A stretch of DNA of 57,550 nucleotides from an uncultured Cellvibrio sp. (lineage in GTDB: Bacteria > Pseudomonadota > Gammaproteobacteria > Pseudomonadales > Cellvibrionaceae). Location: positions 1 to 57,550 of the forward strand of contig CAXAVL010000001.1 of NCBI GenBank assembly GCA_963971905.1. The letters run 5' to 3'. The first letter of the stretch is position 1, and every line of letters begins with the position of its first letter. A program made the position numbers and the translations under genes. The notes under the pieces are model-generated. The model did no database searches. It was not told the origin of the DNA and was given only the letters and a program-made list of their open reading frames with translations. Positions 10,164 through 20,657 of the stretch are shown one piece after another.

Positions 10164-13148
10164 TCACTTCACCATTTTCACCGCAACAGCTTTACCTTTG
10201 TAGGTAATTGATTCTTGAATTCCCGCATCAAAATTCGCCGCATCTTTAGTTGCGCCAGTAATAAAGCGAACGCTAATGCTGCGCTCGTTGGCCATACCGG
10301 TGAAGCTGCCGATACGGTCGCCGATGGTCACTGTGCCGGTGGCATCATCGTAGCTAACAGGAATGCGTGCCCACTCGCCTTGCTCGTATTTGGTTGAACG
10401 GCCATCGTCTTCGTAAATCTCGAAACTGCCGTTTGCACCTGTGTAGATGTTCAAGGTTAAGGGTGTATTCAAACCTTCATCCACGTGTTGGATCGCCGCA
10501 CCGGTCGGAATAATTGCGCCCGCTTTTACAAACAGCGGCATTTGTGACAAGGGTGCAGCAGCGGTAATGGTTTGACCACCGCTTAACTTCTCGCCAGTGT
10601 AGAAGTTGAACCAATCACTGCCCGCAGGCAAATAGACTCCACGTGAACGCGCTTTGTTTTCATAGACAGGGTTGACCAGAATCGATGGGCCAAACATGTA
10701 TTGGGTATTGATGTTCCAACCTTTTTGATCATCGGGGAAATCCATCACCAGCGGACGCATAATTGTGCCGTCTTTGTGATAGGTATCGCCCGCCAAGGTG
10801 TAGATGTAAGGCATTAAGCGATAACGCAATTTAATGTAACTTTCGAGCGTGCTGTAAACTTCTGTGCCTTCGTCCGCGAGACTAAAAATTTCGCGGTAAG
10901 GATATTGTCCATGCGAACGGAACAATGGCACAAAGGCGCCGAATTGAAACCAGCGCACATTGAGCTCTTGCCAATCTGCAACCAACTCTGGTTTCAAATC
11001 ACGAATCGTAAATACTTCGCCACCGGTTTTATGACCCCAGCGATATTTATCTTCCGGCGTAAACCCGCCTATATCAAAACTCCAGTTAGGCATACCGGCA
11101 ATACCGGTGCTCACACCTGCAGCAACCTGATCTTTTAAATTGTTCCAATCCGATGAAGTATCGCCACTCCAAATCGCTGAGCCAGTCCGTTGAATTCCAC
11201 CAAAACCTGAGCGGGTCAAAATAAATGAACGCTTCTCGGGGCTGGTTTCGCGCTCACCGTTATACACCGCAGTTGCATTTGGAATGGCATAGGAGTTGAA
11301 ATTTTCTGCACCTGAAGCAATGCCACCTTCGCGGCTCATTAATTCTTTGCGCTTGGTGAATGACAAGTTTGAGTGAATATCCGGCTCGGCCGCATCTAAC
11401 CACCAGGCATCGAAGCCTTTGGATTTAATTTTTTCGTTCAGTTGCTTCCAGAAAATTTCTTGTGCTTCTTTCGGGTAAGGATCGTAAAACGCATTGGGGT
11501 AGCCTTTACCAATCCAATCCACATTACCTTCTTCAATATTTTTGTTGAACATATAACCTTTATCATTCAACTCTTTATAGGTGTCGGTAGTGGGATAAAA
11601 TTTTGGCCAAACGGAAATCATGATATTGCCGTTCATCGCATGAATTTTATCGTTCATGGCTTTAGGATCGGGGAAATATTTTGGATCAAAATCGTGGCTG
11701 CCCCAAGCATTTTCCGGCCAGTAAGACCAATCCAATACAATGTTATCAATCGGGATTTTTTTGTCGCGATAGTATTTAAAGGTATTGACGATTTCGTCCT
11801 GATTTTTATAGCGCTCGCGGCTCTGCCAGAAACCATACACCCACTTTGGCAGCATCACTGCTTTACCAGTTAAGTGACGGTAACCCGCGACTACGTCATC
11901 TTTGTTATCGCCAACCACAAAGTAGTAGTCGATGGCTTTGCCCGTGTCAGACGCAAGTGACAACTCGCCCTGCTCTTCTACTGGCATAGGGTCGAGATGG
12001 GTTAAACGGAAGAAACCGCCGCTCACTGTCCAATCCACTTTGATGGCTTTTTTCTCGCCTGCTTTCATGTCCATATTGTAGGTGTGGTACCAGGGGTTCC
12101 AGTTCAAACGCCAACGATCCAGCGCTAACTGACCTTCCACATAGAGTTTTGCATAACCGGAGTTATACATTTTGAAATGGTGCGTGCCGCTCTCATCCGA
12201 TTGGATACTGCCTTCCCATTCGATGCGCAGGTTTTTTGCATCTTTCACTTCATCTGGAAAAGGAAATTCGCGCACGCTGTTGTTGCTAAAGAATTGGTAG
12301 TTCAAATCGGCCTCTACGCGGGTGAGCAATAATTTATCACCATCGTAGTAGCGCGCAGTCATACCACCCTCTTTGCCTTCTGCATCAAATAACTTGAGTG
12401 ATGCATTCAGTGGTTGGGTTTCGCGCGGGTCACCAAAGCGAGTTACTGAGTTGTTATCCCACAAGACACCGTAATCGCGGCTAGAGACCACAAATGGAAT
12501 TGAAATCACCAAATTATATGTAGTGAGTTCAACATTTTCGCCCGCATAGTTTACTTGGCCGTTTTGATGCTGCCCTAAACCGAAAAAGCCCTCGTCTGTA
12601 CCACGATTAAATTCCTGGCGAATCGCAAATGAATCTGCGTCAGGCTTGATTGGATCAGCGGTCACCTCGGTGAAGCTGCCGCGACTTTCTTCTTTTAGTA
12701 GCACCTCGCCTTTGGCATTGCGGAATTTTACCGTGCCATATTTCAACGATAACTCGGCAGTAAGCTGGGTAGTTTTTAATATGAGCGATTCTTTATCCTG
12801 CTCAGTACTAAATGGCACTTTACCTGCCGCGTTGGCGACAACTTGAATCGATTCAGGCAACACAGAAAAATCGTCACCGGGCAATGCGGTTACTCTAATA
12901 ATTTTCTCGCTGATAACTTGCAGACGCACTTTTTTAACACTGCCATCATGCAGAGTTAACACCACGCCATCGGGCGTTACATCCACTTCAGGGGCATATT
13001 CCATTTGTTTGGCAGGAGCGGAACTTTCTGCGCTGCTCTCACTGCCCGATTGTTTAGAGCAGCCCTGTAAGAGCGCAATAGCAGCTACTCCGATGAGGCA
13101 GCGTGTAATCATGGCTTTGCTTGAAAGCCGTTTTAATGCAAATAGCAT
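10164..13148 (-). CDS. xyl31A: GH31 alpha-xylosidase with PA14 insert, lipoprotein (Xyl31A-like)
   Basis: Lipobox LLQG|C; nucleophile motif WWLDAAEPD; acid/base motif WSGD; DIGGF; RWFQFGAFVPLFRSHG; PA14-like EWEGSI segment; context matches the Cellvibrio xyloglucan locus. Confidence 0.92.
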   Translation of the reverse strand: MLFALKRLSSKAMITRCLIGVAAIALLQGCSKQSGSESSAESSAPAKQMEYAPEVDVTPDGVVLTLHDGSVKKVRLQVISEKIIRVTALPGDDFSVLPESIQVVANAAGKVPFSTEQDKESLILKTTQLTAELSLKYGTVKFRNAKGEVLLKEESRGSFTEVTADPIKPDADSFAIRQEFNRGTDEGFFGLGQHQNGQVNYAGENVELTTYNLVISIPFVVSSRDYGVLWDNNSVTRFGDPRETQPLNASLKLFDAEGKEGGMTARYYDGDKLLLTRVEADLNYQFFSNNSVREFPFPDEVKDAKNLRIEWEGSIQSDESGTHHFKMYNSGYAKLYVEGQLALDRWRLNWNPWYHTYNMDMKAGEKKAIKVDWTVSGGFFRLTHLDPMPVEEQGELSLASDTGKAIDYYFVVGDNKDDVVAGYRHLTGKAVMLPKWVYGFWQSRERYKNQDEIVNTFKYYRDKKIPIDNIVLDWSYWPENAWGSHDFDPKYFPDPKAMNDKIHAMNGNIMISVWPKFYPTTDTYKELNDKGYMFNKNIEEGNVDWIGKGYPNAFYDPYPKEAQEIFWKQLNEKIKSKGFDAWWLDAAEPDIHSNLSFTKRKELMSREGGIASGAENFNSYAIPNATAVYNGERETSPEKRSFILTRSGFGGIQRTGSAIWSGDTSSDWNNLKDQVAAGVSTGIAGMPNWSFDIGGFTPEDKYRWGHKTGGEVFTIRDLKPELVADWQELNVRWFQFGAFVPLFRSHGQYPYREIFSLADEGTEVYSTLESYIKLRYRLMPYIYTLAGDTYHKDGTIMRPLVMDFPDDQKGWNINTQYMFGPSILVNPVYENKARSRGVYLPAGSDWFNFYTGEKLSGGQTITAAAPLSQMPLFVKAGAIIPTGAAIQHVDEGLNTPLTLNIYTGANGSFEIYEDDGRSTKYEQGEWARIPVSYDDATGTVTIGDRIGSFTGMANERSISVRFITGATKDAANFDAGIQESITYKGKAVAVKMVK

Positions 13149-13222
13149 TTTTATTTCCTCGTTTTGCGATGTAAATTTTTGAATCGCCCCCTAAACCTAT
13201 TATTCAAAGGGGGCTGGAGTGA

Positions 13223-14935
13223 TTAATTATTGGTCTCGTAAGTCGCCATTTTTATACGCAGCAATAATGGACGATTGGGAAAATTCAGACCCCAGTCGGT
13301 TTGGTCGCCATTCCACACGCGATGCATAATCCATTTACTGTTCTTGCCATCATCAGATGAAAAATGCCCCTCTTCCGCGCGTACGATCATAGTTTTTTTA
13401 TTAGCCAATTCCGCAGACGGTTTAATTTCTACACGCGCGTTATACGCGGTAATTAAATATTCGTTTTCACTTAACTGGGCGATTAATGCACCGCCTGATG
13501 CAGGTGTATTACCCTTGGGCAGATCAATCCAAAACATAGGGCGACCGTAAGTGACCTCCGCATCCCACAAGCCCAGATCCAAATGCTGGGTTAGTGCGGC
13601 AGCGCGATCTTTAACCTGCTGCTCTTTTTCTTCTGGTGTTGCCTCAGCATTCCAAACCTTTTGTATGTCGGTTGCTGTATCCAGCGGTTCAGCGACGCCC
13701 CATACATTACTTTCATAACTTAACTTGGCCCATTCACGCATCATAGGTGATACCAAACGATAAACCTGAGCAAAGTTTTCGATGGTTTCATCATTTAAAT
13801 TTTGGGCACCAAGTGGGTAGTTTGTGTAGGCGGTATCGTCCATACCAAACGGGGAAAAGCCAATACCCCCCTTGCCCAAGGTTGGAAAAAAGTAGCGAAC
13901 GTAAGGTTGCGCGCTGCCGATTTCCGCCACAAACAATGCGTTATCGGGACGTGCATAAAGATCCAATACTTTGCTCGCGGTTTTGTAATCACGGAAATAA
14001 ATGTCTGGCGCGATTAAATCAATTGCTGGTGCAGCCGCTTTCCAAATATGCATTACGTTATCCGTGCCACCACCACTGGAATATTGCCCCGGCAATCCCG
14101 GATTGTATGGGTTGCGCAGTGCCACATTCACGTACATGGGTAAATTTTTGATTGCCTTACCGGCCGCCGTGATTTCATTGCAGTATTTGGCGATGTAATA
14201 GGCGTGAAAAAATTCGTCGGCATCTTTACCAAAGACTTGTGCCCAGCTGCCGGATTTTAATTTCAATGATTCGATTAGATCAGTGGGCACCGGTGCCGCA
14301 AACTGTTGCTGCGCCATAGCGGAATAATCCCGCGCAGAGCCATAGGTTCCCACTTCATTTTGTACCTGCACCATAATCACGGTGTGATCTTTATCGCGCT
14401 TGGCCAAATATTTCATCAGCTCAATAAATGCTTTTTTATCGGCCTCTAGTGTATTTTTTCCCAGTGGCGAAAGTGAATTCAAGGTGTCGCCGTCTTGTTT
14501 TACTACACGCGGGAAACGTTTGTTATCCAACTTTACCCATGCGGGCGCATAATGTGGCGCATTGTTTTTCCACGTGGCGAACCACAGCAAAACAACTTTT
14601 ACTTTATGCTGGCGCGCTTCTTTTAACAGTACGTCCAAATAAGAAAAATCAAAGCGCCCCTCTTCTGGTTCAATTTGCTCCCAAGCAACCGGAATACTCA
14701 GGGTATTAGCACCCATTTTTTCCACTGTTGGCCACACATCCTTAAGTGCAGCAGGATAATTACTGGAATTATTTGTTTGTGCACCCAGCATAATAAAAGG
14801 CGCACCATCTACCATGAGGGCGTGTTTGCCGTTGTTTGTTACCAGTTGCGGCAACTCGCTCGCTTGTGGCTGATGCATAAAAATAATCGCGATTAACGGC
14901 ACTAGTTTTTTAAACAATTGAGTGGGAAATTTCAT
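13223..14935 (-). CDS. bgl35A: GH35 beta-galactosidase (Bgl35A-like)
   Basis: AWEQIEPEEGRFDF, LWFATWKN, VQVQNE (acid/base), APDIY, LFVAE; signal peptide. Confidence 0.9.
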   Translation of the reverse strand: MKFPTQLFKKLVPLIAIIFMHQPQASELPQLVTNNGKHALMVDGAPFIMLGAQTNNSSNYPAALKDVWPTVEKMGANTLSIPVAWEQIEPEEGRFDFSYLDVLLKEARQHKVKVVLLWFATWKNNAPHYAPAWVKLDNKRFPRVVKQDGDTLNSLSPLGKNTLEADKKAFIELMKYLAKRDKDHTVIMVQVQNEVGTYGSARDYSAMAQQQFAAPVPTDLIESLKLKSGSWAQVFGKDADEFFHAYYIAKYCNEITAAGKAIKNLPMYVNVALRNPYNPGLPGQYSSGGGTDNVMHIWKAAAPAIDLIAPDIYFRDYKTASKVLDLYARPDNALFVAEIGSAQPYVRYFFPTLGKGGIGFSPFGMDDTAYTNYPLGAQNLNDETIENFAQVYRLVSPMMREWAKLSYESNVWGVAEPLDTATDIQKVWNAEATPEEKEQQVKDRAAALTQHLDLGLWDAEVTYGRPMFWIDLPKGNTPASGGALIAQLSENEYLITAYNARVEIKPSAELANKKTMIVRAEEGHFSSDDGKNSKWIMHRVWNGDQTDWGLNFPNRPLLLRIKMATYETNN

Positions 14936-14991
14936 AGGTGAAGCCTCAAGCTGATTTTTCTTGGAATTTCGTGGCAGGTAAAAACTAAAAT

Positions 14992-15019
14992 GCCCTGCAT
15001 CACTAATGCGATGCAGGGC
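14992..15019 (-). terminator. Hairpin after the TonB-dependent transporter gene (terminator or mRNA stabiliser)
   Basis: GCCCTGCATC-8nt-GATGCAGGGC followed by ATTTTAGTTTTT on the minus strand. Confidence 0.7.
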
Positions 15020-15037
15020 TGAACTTCATAGCACTAA

Positions 15038-17944
15038 TTAAAATTTAGCACGAATACCCACAGCAAAGCGTGCGTCTTGTGCATAGGAGTATGCAATATT
15101 ATCGCCCGGCTCGTTTTGATCCATGATACCCACCGTTTTTTCTTTTAGCAGGTTGGTAGCTTCCGCAGTAATGGTGTAATTATCGAGGAAGGTATAACTG
15201 ACGGACGCATCCAATTGACCATAGTCATCATTGTAAACCGGGATAGAAGCCTTGCCCGACCAATCAGTAAAATCTGGATTGAATCCGTTAGATCCCACTG
15301 CAACTAAATACTCACTTCTCCATGAATAAGCCAAGCGTGCTGAAAGGCCATCCCGCTCAAACATACCAATAATATTGAATGAGTTTTTGGATAACTGCTC
15401 AGCGGGCAAGGTTCCTGCGTAGGAAGATTTATCGGTGTCCACCGGCCCAGCTAAAGTAGGTACCTTCAGCTCGCTATCGATGTAGGTATAGTTTGCCTGC
15501 AAGCCCAAACCGTTAAACGGCTCAGGCAACATATCAAAAAACTTGCTGAAGCCAACTTCAATACCGTTGATGTCACTTTCCCCATAATTGCCTAACCAGC
15601 TTGCCGTACCTGTGTAGGTAGTACCGTTGTCTGCCGTAATACCAAAAGGTGCAGTGCCATTTCTAAAATAATCCTCAACTTGTTTATTGAAAATTGCCGC
15701 ATGGGCCATGCCACCGTTACTATCGAAGTACCACTCGGCAGATATATCGAATTGATTTGCCTTCATGGGTTCCAGATACGGATTAGTATCCTGATTCAGG
15801 TTAAAGGTAATAACACCTTCATTACTTCTTGCAGGGGACATAACTATTCTTGCCCCCAAATCGGAAAAACTCGGCGCCCACACCGCTTTAGACGCAGCAA
15901 AACGGACAAACACATCTTCCGCTGCCTGCATTCTCAGATTGAAACTGGGCAACACATGGGTGTAATTGTTTTTTGCATCAAACGGTTCTGATGAATAAGG
16001 AATAATAAGACCGCCGGTTTCGGTAGATAGCTCATTCACAATGAGTGCACCGTTAGCGACGTTATCGGTCTGCACAACCCGCACACCAATATTACCGTCG
16101 ATTGGCATCGCTAAATTTTCAAAAGCATAATTTGCCATCATGTACATAGCGACTTTGGTTTCTTCCTGAGTGTTGCGATAGTCAGGATTGCCTAAACGAT
16201 TCCAATCCATGTACACCGAACCTTCACAGGCCCAAGAAAAAGGCTCGCTAGCACAATTACTATTAACAGCGTCCGTTGTCGCTCTAAAATTTTGTACTGC
16301 TGCACTGGAATACAAATACCCCGCCGCAGGCACAGCTACATCACCGCGTTGGAAATTATTGAATGAGTATAAATTTAGATAATCAGATGCTTGCGCCTCG
16401 GTGACTTTGGGAATTGAGTTTTTGTCAAAGCCGAACCAAGTAGCGTAACGGGTATTCCAGTCATAACCCGTGTTGACATTGTCAGCTGTTTTTTCCGAGT
16501 AGCGCATGCCGACTTTTACTGACTTAATTACATCGCCATCAAAATCATACTCGGCATCAAAACGAGCCGTTTTTGCCTCTGCATTATTGCGTTCGAAGTG
16601 AGTCATCTGTTGACCCAGACTGTAATTTTCATAGTCCGCCATATATGACGAATCAATCAAAATTGACGGTGTTTTTGTACCTACACCACTTAAGTAGGCT
16701 TCAGCCGGAATCACTTTTAACCCAAGCGTATAGTCATCTACCCTAGCTTCGGCTTTTACGTATTGCAGATCAGCAGAGAATTTCCAATGATCGTCGGGCG
16801 ACCATTTAATGCCAGTCGAATAATCCGTTGTTTTTGAAATGTTATTAGCCCAACGAGTACTGGTACCAAAATCTAAACCCCAGTTCGCAGGGTTAGCAAC
16901 AGTTACTGTGCCAGACTCCAGTGCACCACTGCTATTAAACGCCCAGTCATTGTTGCTGGTTGGAACCAAGGCTTGATCACCATTAGCACCTTCAAGGAAG
17001 AAAGCATTTTCGTCATAGACTGTATCGTGCTTACTTTGAAACATGGTGAAATAAAGTTCGGTCGCATCATTGGGCGCCCATTGCAATGCTAGGTATCCGC
17101 CTTCGCGAGTGCTCTCGTAATCGTTGCGACGCCAATCTACACCTTTGGAAACCCACACCTCTTCACCATTAATATCTCTTGGCAAAAAGGGGCGAGAATA
17201 GATTTGATCCGAGCGACTGGATAATTGCGACGTAGAGGCATTAATCAAAACACCGAACTCACCCAGATCGGTTTCCCAGCGGTTGCTGTACAAACCTGAA
17301 TATTCACCATTCGTTTCTTTTAATTGATCGCCATAATTTGCTTTTGCCGACACACTAATCTGCTGCCCATCGGCATCGAACGGCATACGTGTGCGCAGAT
17401 TTACGGTGCCGCCCAAGCCACCCTCAATCATATCGGCCGATGGACTTTTGTAAGTATCCACTGCATACATTAATTCTGCTGGAACATCTTCAAAACTTAA
17501 TCCGCGACCACTCGCAGCGGAAAACACATCGCGGCCGTTCAACTCACCGCGAACTTGCGTTAAACCGCGAATAGCCACACCGCTACCTTCTGCTGCAGGG
17601 TGTTCTGCATCGTTATTCGTGTAGCGACCAACTGATACACCGGGAACGCGCTGTAACGCTTCAGTGACACTGCGATCAGGCAACTTACCAATATCTTCTG
17701 CGACGATTGAATCCACAATAGTGGAAGAGTTTCGTTTAATGTCTTGTGCTGATTGAATACTCGCACGCTGGCCAGTCACAATTACTTCTTCAACTTGTTC
17801 ATCGGCTGTGTCTTGCGCCAACACATGGGTAGCCATTCCCATAGTGCTAACAACCAATGAAAGGCTTGATGCCATTTTGATATACATTGGCAGTTGTTTT
17901 TTTAGAAAGGTTTTTTTGTGGCCAGGCTTATTGTTAGTTGTCAT
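15038..17944 (-). CDS. TonB-dependent transporter, probably for xyloglucan oligosaccharides
   Basis: TonB box EEVIVTG; plug motif AEDIGKLPDRSVTEALQRVPGV; GGTVNLRTR; C-terminal GIRAKF. Confidence 0.95.
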   Translation of the reverse strand: MTTNNKPGHKKTFLKKQLPMYIKMASSLSLVVSTMGMATHVLAQDTADEQVEEVIVTGQRASIQSAQDIKRNSSTIVDSIVAEDIGKLPDRSVTEALQRVPGVSVGRYTNNDAEHPAAEGSGVAIRGLTQVRGELNGRDVFSAASGRGLSFEDVPAELMYAVDTYKSPSADMIEGGLGGTVNLRTRMPFDADGQQISVSAKANYGDQLKETNGEYSGLYSNRWETDLGEFGVLINASTSQLSSRSDQIYSRPFLPRDINGEEVWVSKGVDWRRNDYESTREGGYLALQWAPNDATELYFTMFQSKHDTVYDENAFFLEGANGDQALVPTSNNDWAFNSSGALESGTVTVANPANWGLDFGTSTRWANNISKTTDYSTGIKWSPDDHWKFSADLQYVKAEARVDDYTLGLKVIPAEAYLSGVGTKTPSILIDSSYMADYENYSLGQQMTHFERNNAEAKTARFDAEYDFDGDVIKSVKVGMRYSEKTADNVNTGYDWNTRYATWFGFDKNSIPKVTEAQASDYLNLYSFNNFQRGDVAVPAAGYLYSSAAVQNFRATTDAVNSNCASEPFSWACEGSVYMDWNRLGNPDYRNTQEETKVAMYMMANYAFENLAMPIDGNIGVRVVQTDNVANGALIVNELSTETGGLIIPYSSEPFDAKNNYTHVLPSFNLRMQAAEDVFVRFAASKAVWAPSFSDLGARIVMSPARSNEGVITFNLNQDTNPYLEPMKANQFDISAEWYFDSNGGMAHAAIFNKQVEDYFRNGTAPFGITADNGTTYTGTASWLGNYGESDINGIEVGFSKFFDMLPEPFNGLGLQANYTYIDSELKVPTLAGPVDTDKSSYAGTLPAEQLSKNSFNIIGMFERDGLSARLAYSWRSEYLVAVGSNGFNPDFTDWSGKASIPVYNDDYGQLDASVSYTFLDNYTITAEATNLLKEKTVGIMDQNEPGDNIAYSYAQDARFAVGIRAKF

Positions 17945-18000
17945 GATGTTCTCCAGTTAGAATTATTGAACTACCCCTAAAGTTATCTCTTGCTGTTTTT

Positions 18001-20418
18001 TTATTTGCCAACATTTAAGAGATATGTGCTTTCTCCTTTTGCGCTAAAGCTCCCATTGGTGCCCTTGCGTTTTAGTGCGACAGCGGCACCAGCTTGCGTT
18101 ACAGTCAGAGAATATTTTTCTGCCTGTAATTGGGTTCTTAAATTAATTTTTCCCGGGTGTGTGGTGTGGATGCGAGCACTGATTAACTGCCCCTTCGCCC
18201 AATTCATATCCACAGTAATGCCGCCGCGTGCGCGCAATCCGGTTACCGAACCCGTCGCCCACGCGCTGGGCAATGCAGGAAGGAAATGCAATTCACCGTT
18301 GTGACTTTGCAATAACATTTCGGCAATGCCGGCGGCTGCGCCAAAATTGCCATCGATCTGAAAAGGGGGATGGTTATCCCATAAGTTACTCAGCGTGCTG
18401 CGCTGCAGTTGTTCACCCAACACTTTGTGTGCGCGATCGCCATCAAGCGCGCGCGCCCACATATTGACTTTCCAGGCTTGCGACCAACCAGTACCGCCGT
18501 CGCCGCGCGCGTTAAGTGTGGTGCGCGCCGCTTGTAATAATTGCGGATCTTTGTGTACGTTAATTTGCGTGCCGGGATGCAAGGCAAATAAGTGTGAGAT
18601 ATGGCGATGATCATTTTTAGGATCATCAACATCTTCTTTCCACTCTTGCAATTGCCCCCATGAACCGATGCGTAAACCCGCATCCAGATGGGTTAATTTT
18701 TTTTGCACTTGTTGCGCGAATGTTTTATCACCAACCGCTTGTGCTGCTTCATAGGTGTTGCGCAACAAATCAAACACAATTTGCTGGCTCATAGCCGCGC
18801 CATTGGTAAAGCCGCCCTGCTCCGGGGAAAAACTGGGCGAGACGATCCATTTTCCGTCGCGCGGATCTTTAATTAAAAACTCCAACCAAAACTCTGTAGC
18901 ACTTTTCATTAAGGGATAGGCGCGCTCACGCAGGAATTTTTCATCACCCGAAAACACATAGTGCTCGTAATAATGTTGCGCTAACCAGGCGGCAGCTTCC
19001 GGTTGCCAGAAAGCGGTTGGCCAATCGATCACGCCGGTAAAACCCCAGACATTGGTATTTAAAAAAAGCGTCCAGCCTTTTTTAACGCCGGCAATTTTCT
19101 GGGCAGAGATTTTTCCCGGTTCAACCAAACTATCGACAAAATTAAAATAAGGGCTCATCAACTCTGGCAAATTGGTGGTCTCTGCCAGCCAATAATTCAT
19201 CTGCAAATTGATATTGACGTGATAGTCGGCATTCCAGGGCGGTGTAGTGGAGTTATTCCAAACACCTTGTAAGTTGGCGGGCAGTGAACCAGCGCGTGAG
19301 GAGGCGATTAACAAATAGCGACCAAATTGAAAATAAGTCGCCTCAAGGCTGCGATCCCATACGCTATTGCCTTTTTTATAGTTGGCTAATAGCTGCGGTG
19401 TAGATGTATCGCTGGCACCTTGGCCAATATTTAATGTAACGCGGTTAAACAGACGTTGATAATCCTGGCGGTGCACCGCCTGTAATTGCGCAAAACTTTT
19501 TGCGGCGGCGGCATCTAGTATTTGCTGTACTTTTTGATGTGGATGCGCGCCGCGATAGTGGGGATAGCGCTGCGCATAGTTGGTTCCCGCCGCTAACAAA
19601 ATCACCACTGAATCGGCGTTGGTAATTTGTATTTTTTTATTGTCGATTATTGTTAACACACCGCCCTGGGGCAAAACTTGCAATTGGGTCTCATAAGCCA
19701 ATTGATTGCTGTTAAGTTGCCCTGTCGCTGTCAACCGCCCCTTTTCTATGCTCTGCGTAAATGAGCGATTGTCGGGCACGGCAATACTCGTTGCGATAGA
19801 AATACTGCCCGGCTGATCGGCACTGAGTTTTATGGCGATCACCCCATCGGGATAACTGGCGAAATACTCGCGGCGATAATTCACCCCGTTATGAGTAAAA
19901 CTCACCGTGACTTGCGCATCATCCAGCGATAGCTCGCGGCGATAAGCAATGACATCGCTGTCATTTATTGGCGAATCAATAATGAGATCGCCAAATGTTT
20001 GATAGTCGCCATAAGCCGTGATTTTTCGCCCCAGCAATTCAGCGGCACGCTCCGGAGTGATCGAGCCTTTTTCGGCAATGCCTGCGCGAACTTCTGCCAG
20101 CGCTTTTGCCTGGGATTCGGCAGGGATTCCAAAATCATATCCCTCCGCTCCCGGGCCGCCAGTCCATAAGGTTTTTTCATTAAATTGAATCAGGTCGCGA
20201 CTCAGGCCGCCCGCAATTACCGCCCCCATTGCGCCATTGCCAATCGGCAAACCCTCACTTTCCCAATCGCTCGCAGGACGATCAAAACGAATCGACAAGG
20301 GCGTCGCAACCGGCGCAGGTTCAGCATGAGCAGCTGACCAGTGCATAGACAGCATCACGACCAGAGCGTTTAAGCCGTGCGTCAAAAGAGTGCTGATCTG
20401 TAAGGATGGCATTTTCAT
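18001..20418 (-). CDS. afc95A: GH95 alpha-1,2-L-fucosidase (Afc95A-like)
   Basis: [56 protein letters not shown]. Confidence 0.93.
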   Translation of the reverse strand: MKMPSLQISTLLTHGLNALVVMLSMHWSAAHAEPAPVATPLSIRFDRPASDWESEGLPIGNGAMGAVIAGGLSRDLIQFNEKTLWTGGPGAEGYDFGIPAESQAKALAEVRAGIAEKGSITPERAAELLGRKITAYGDYQTFGDLIIDSPINDSDVIAYRRELSLDDAQVTVSFTHNGVNYRREYFASYPDGVIAIKLSADQPGSISIATSIAVPDNRSFTQSIEKGRLTATGQLNSNQLAYETQLQVLPQGGVLTIIDNKKIQITNADSVVILLAAGTNYAQRYPHYRGAHPHQKVQQILDAAAAKSFAQLQAVHRQDYQRLFNRVTLNIGQGASDTSTPQLLANYKKGNSVWDRSLEATYFQFGRYLLIASSRAGSLPANLQGVWNNSTTPPWNADYHVNINLQMNYWLAETTNLPELMSPYFNFVDSLVEPGKISAQKIAGVKKGWTLFLNTNVWGFTGVIDWPTAFWQPEAAAWLAQHYYEHYVFSGDEKFLRERAYPLMKSATEFWLEFLIKDPRDGKWIVSPSFSPEQGGFTNGAAMSQQIVFDLLRNTYEAAQAVGDKTFAQQVQKKLTHLDAGLRIGSWGQLQEWKEDVDDPKNDHRHISHLFALHPGTQINVHKDPQLLQAARTTLNARGDGGTGWSQAWKVNMWARALDGDRAHKVLGEQLQRSTLSNLWDNHPPFQIDGNFGAAAGIAEMLLQSHNGELHFLPALPSAWATGSVTGLRARGGITVDMNWAKGQLISARIHTTHPGKINLRTQLQAEKYSLTVTQAGAAVALKRKGTNGSFSAKGESTYLLNVGK

Positions 20419-20467
20419 AGATGTAAGTTTTATTAGTTTAATATGGTATATATGACTATTTCGATTA

Positions 20468-20508
20468 ATCTTAAGTCAATGTTTTTATCTGTGCAAGACT
20501 TATCACCC
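20468..20508 (-). promoter_or_regulatory. Conserved 41-bp upstream box, copy 1 (before the GH95 gene)
   Basis: ATCTTAAGTCAATGTTTTTATCTGTGCAAGACTTATCACCC; 33/41 identical without gaps to 22211-22251. Confidence 0.7.
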
Positions 20509-20657
20509 GCAATAAAAAAGATTGAATCTTCATGCTACAAAAGGAAACACACGACAAAGCTGAGCAGAATTAAAAGGCAGGAAGATAGAGAAGTGCCGGA
20601 AAATGGCGGGAAGCAGAAGCGGAGGGGAGTGATCGGAGCCGTAGCCCCGATTGGGGA

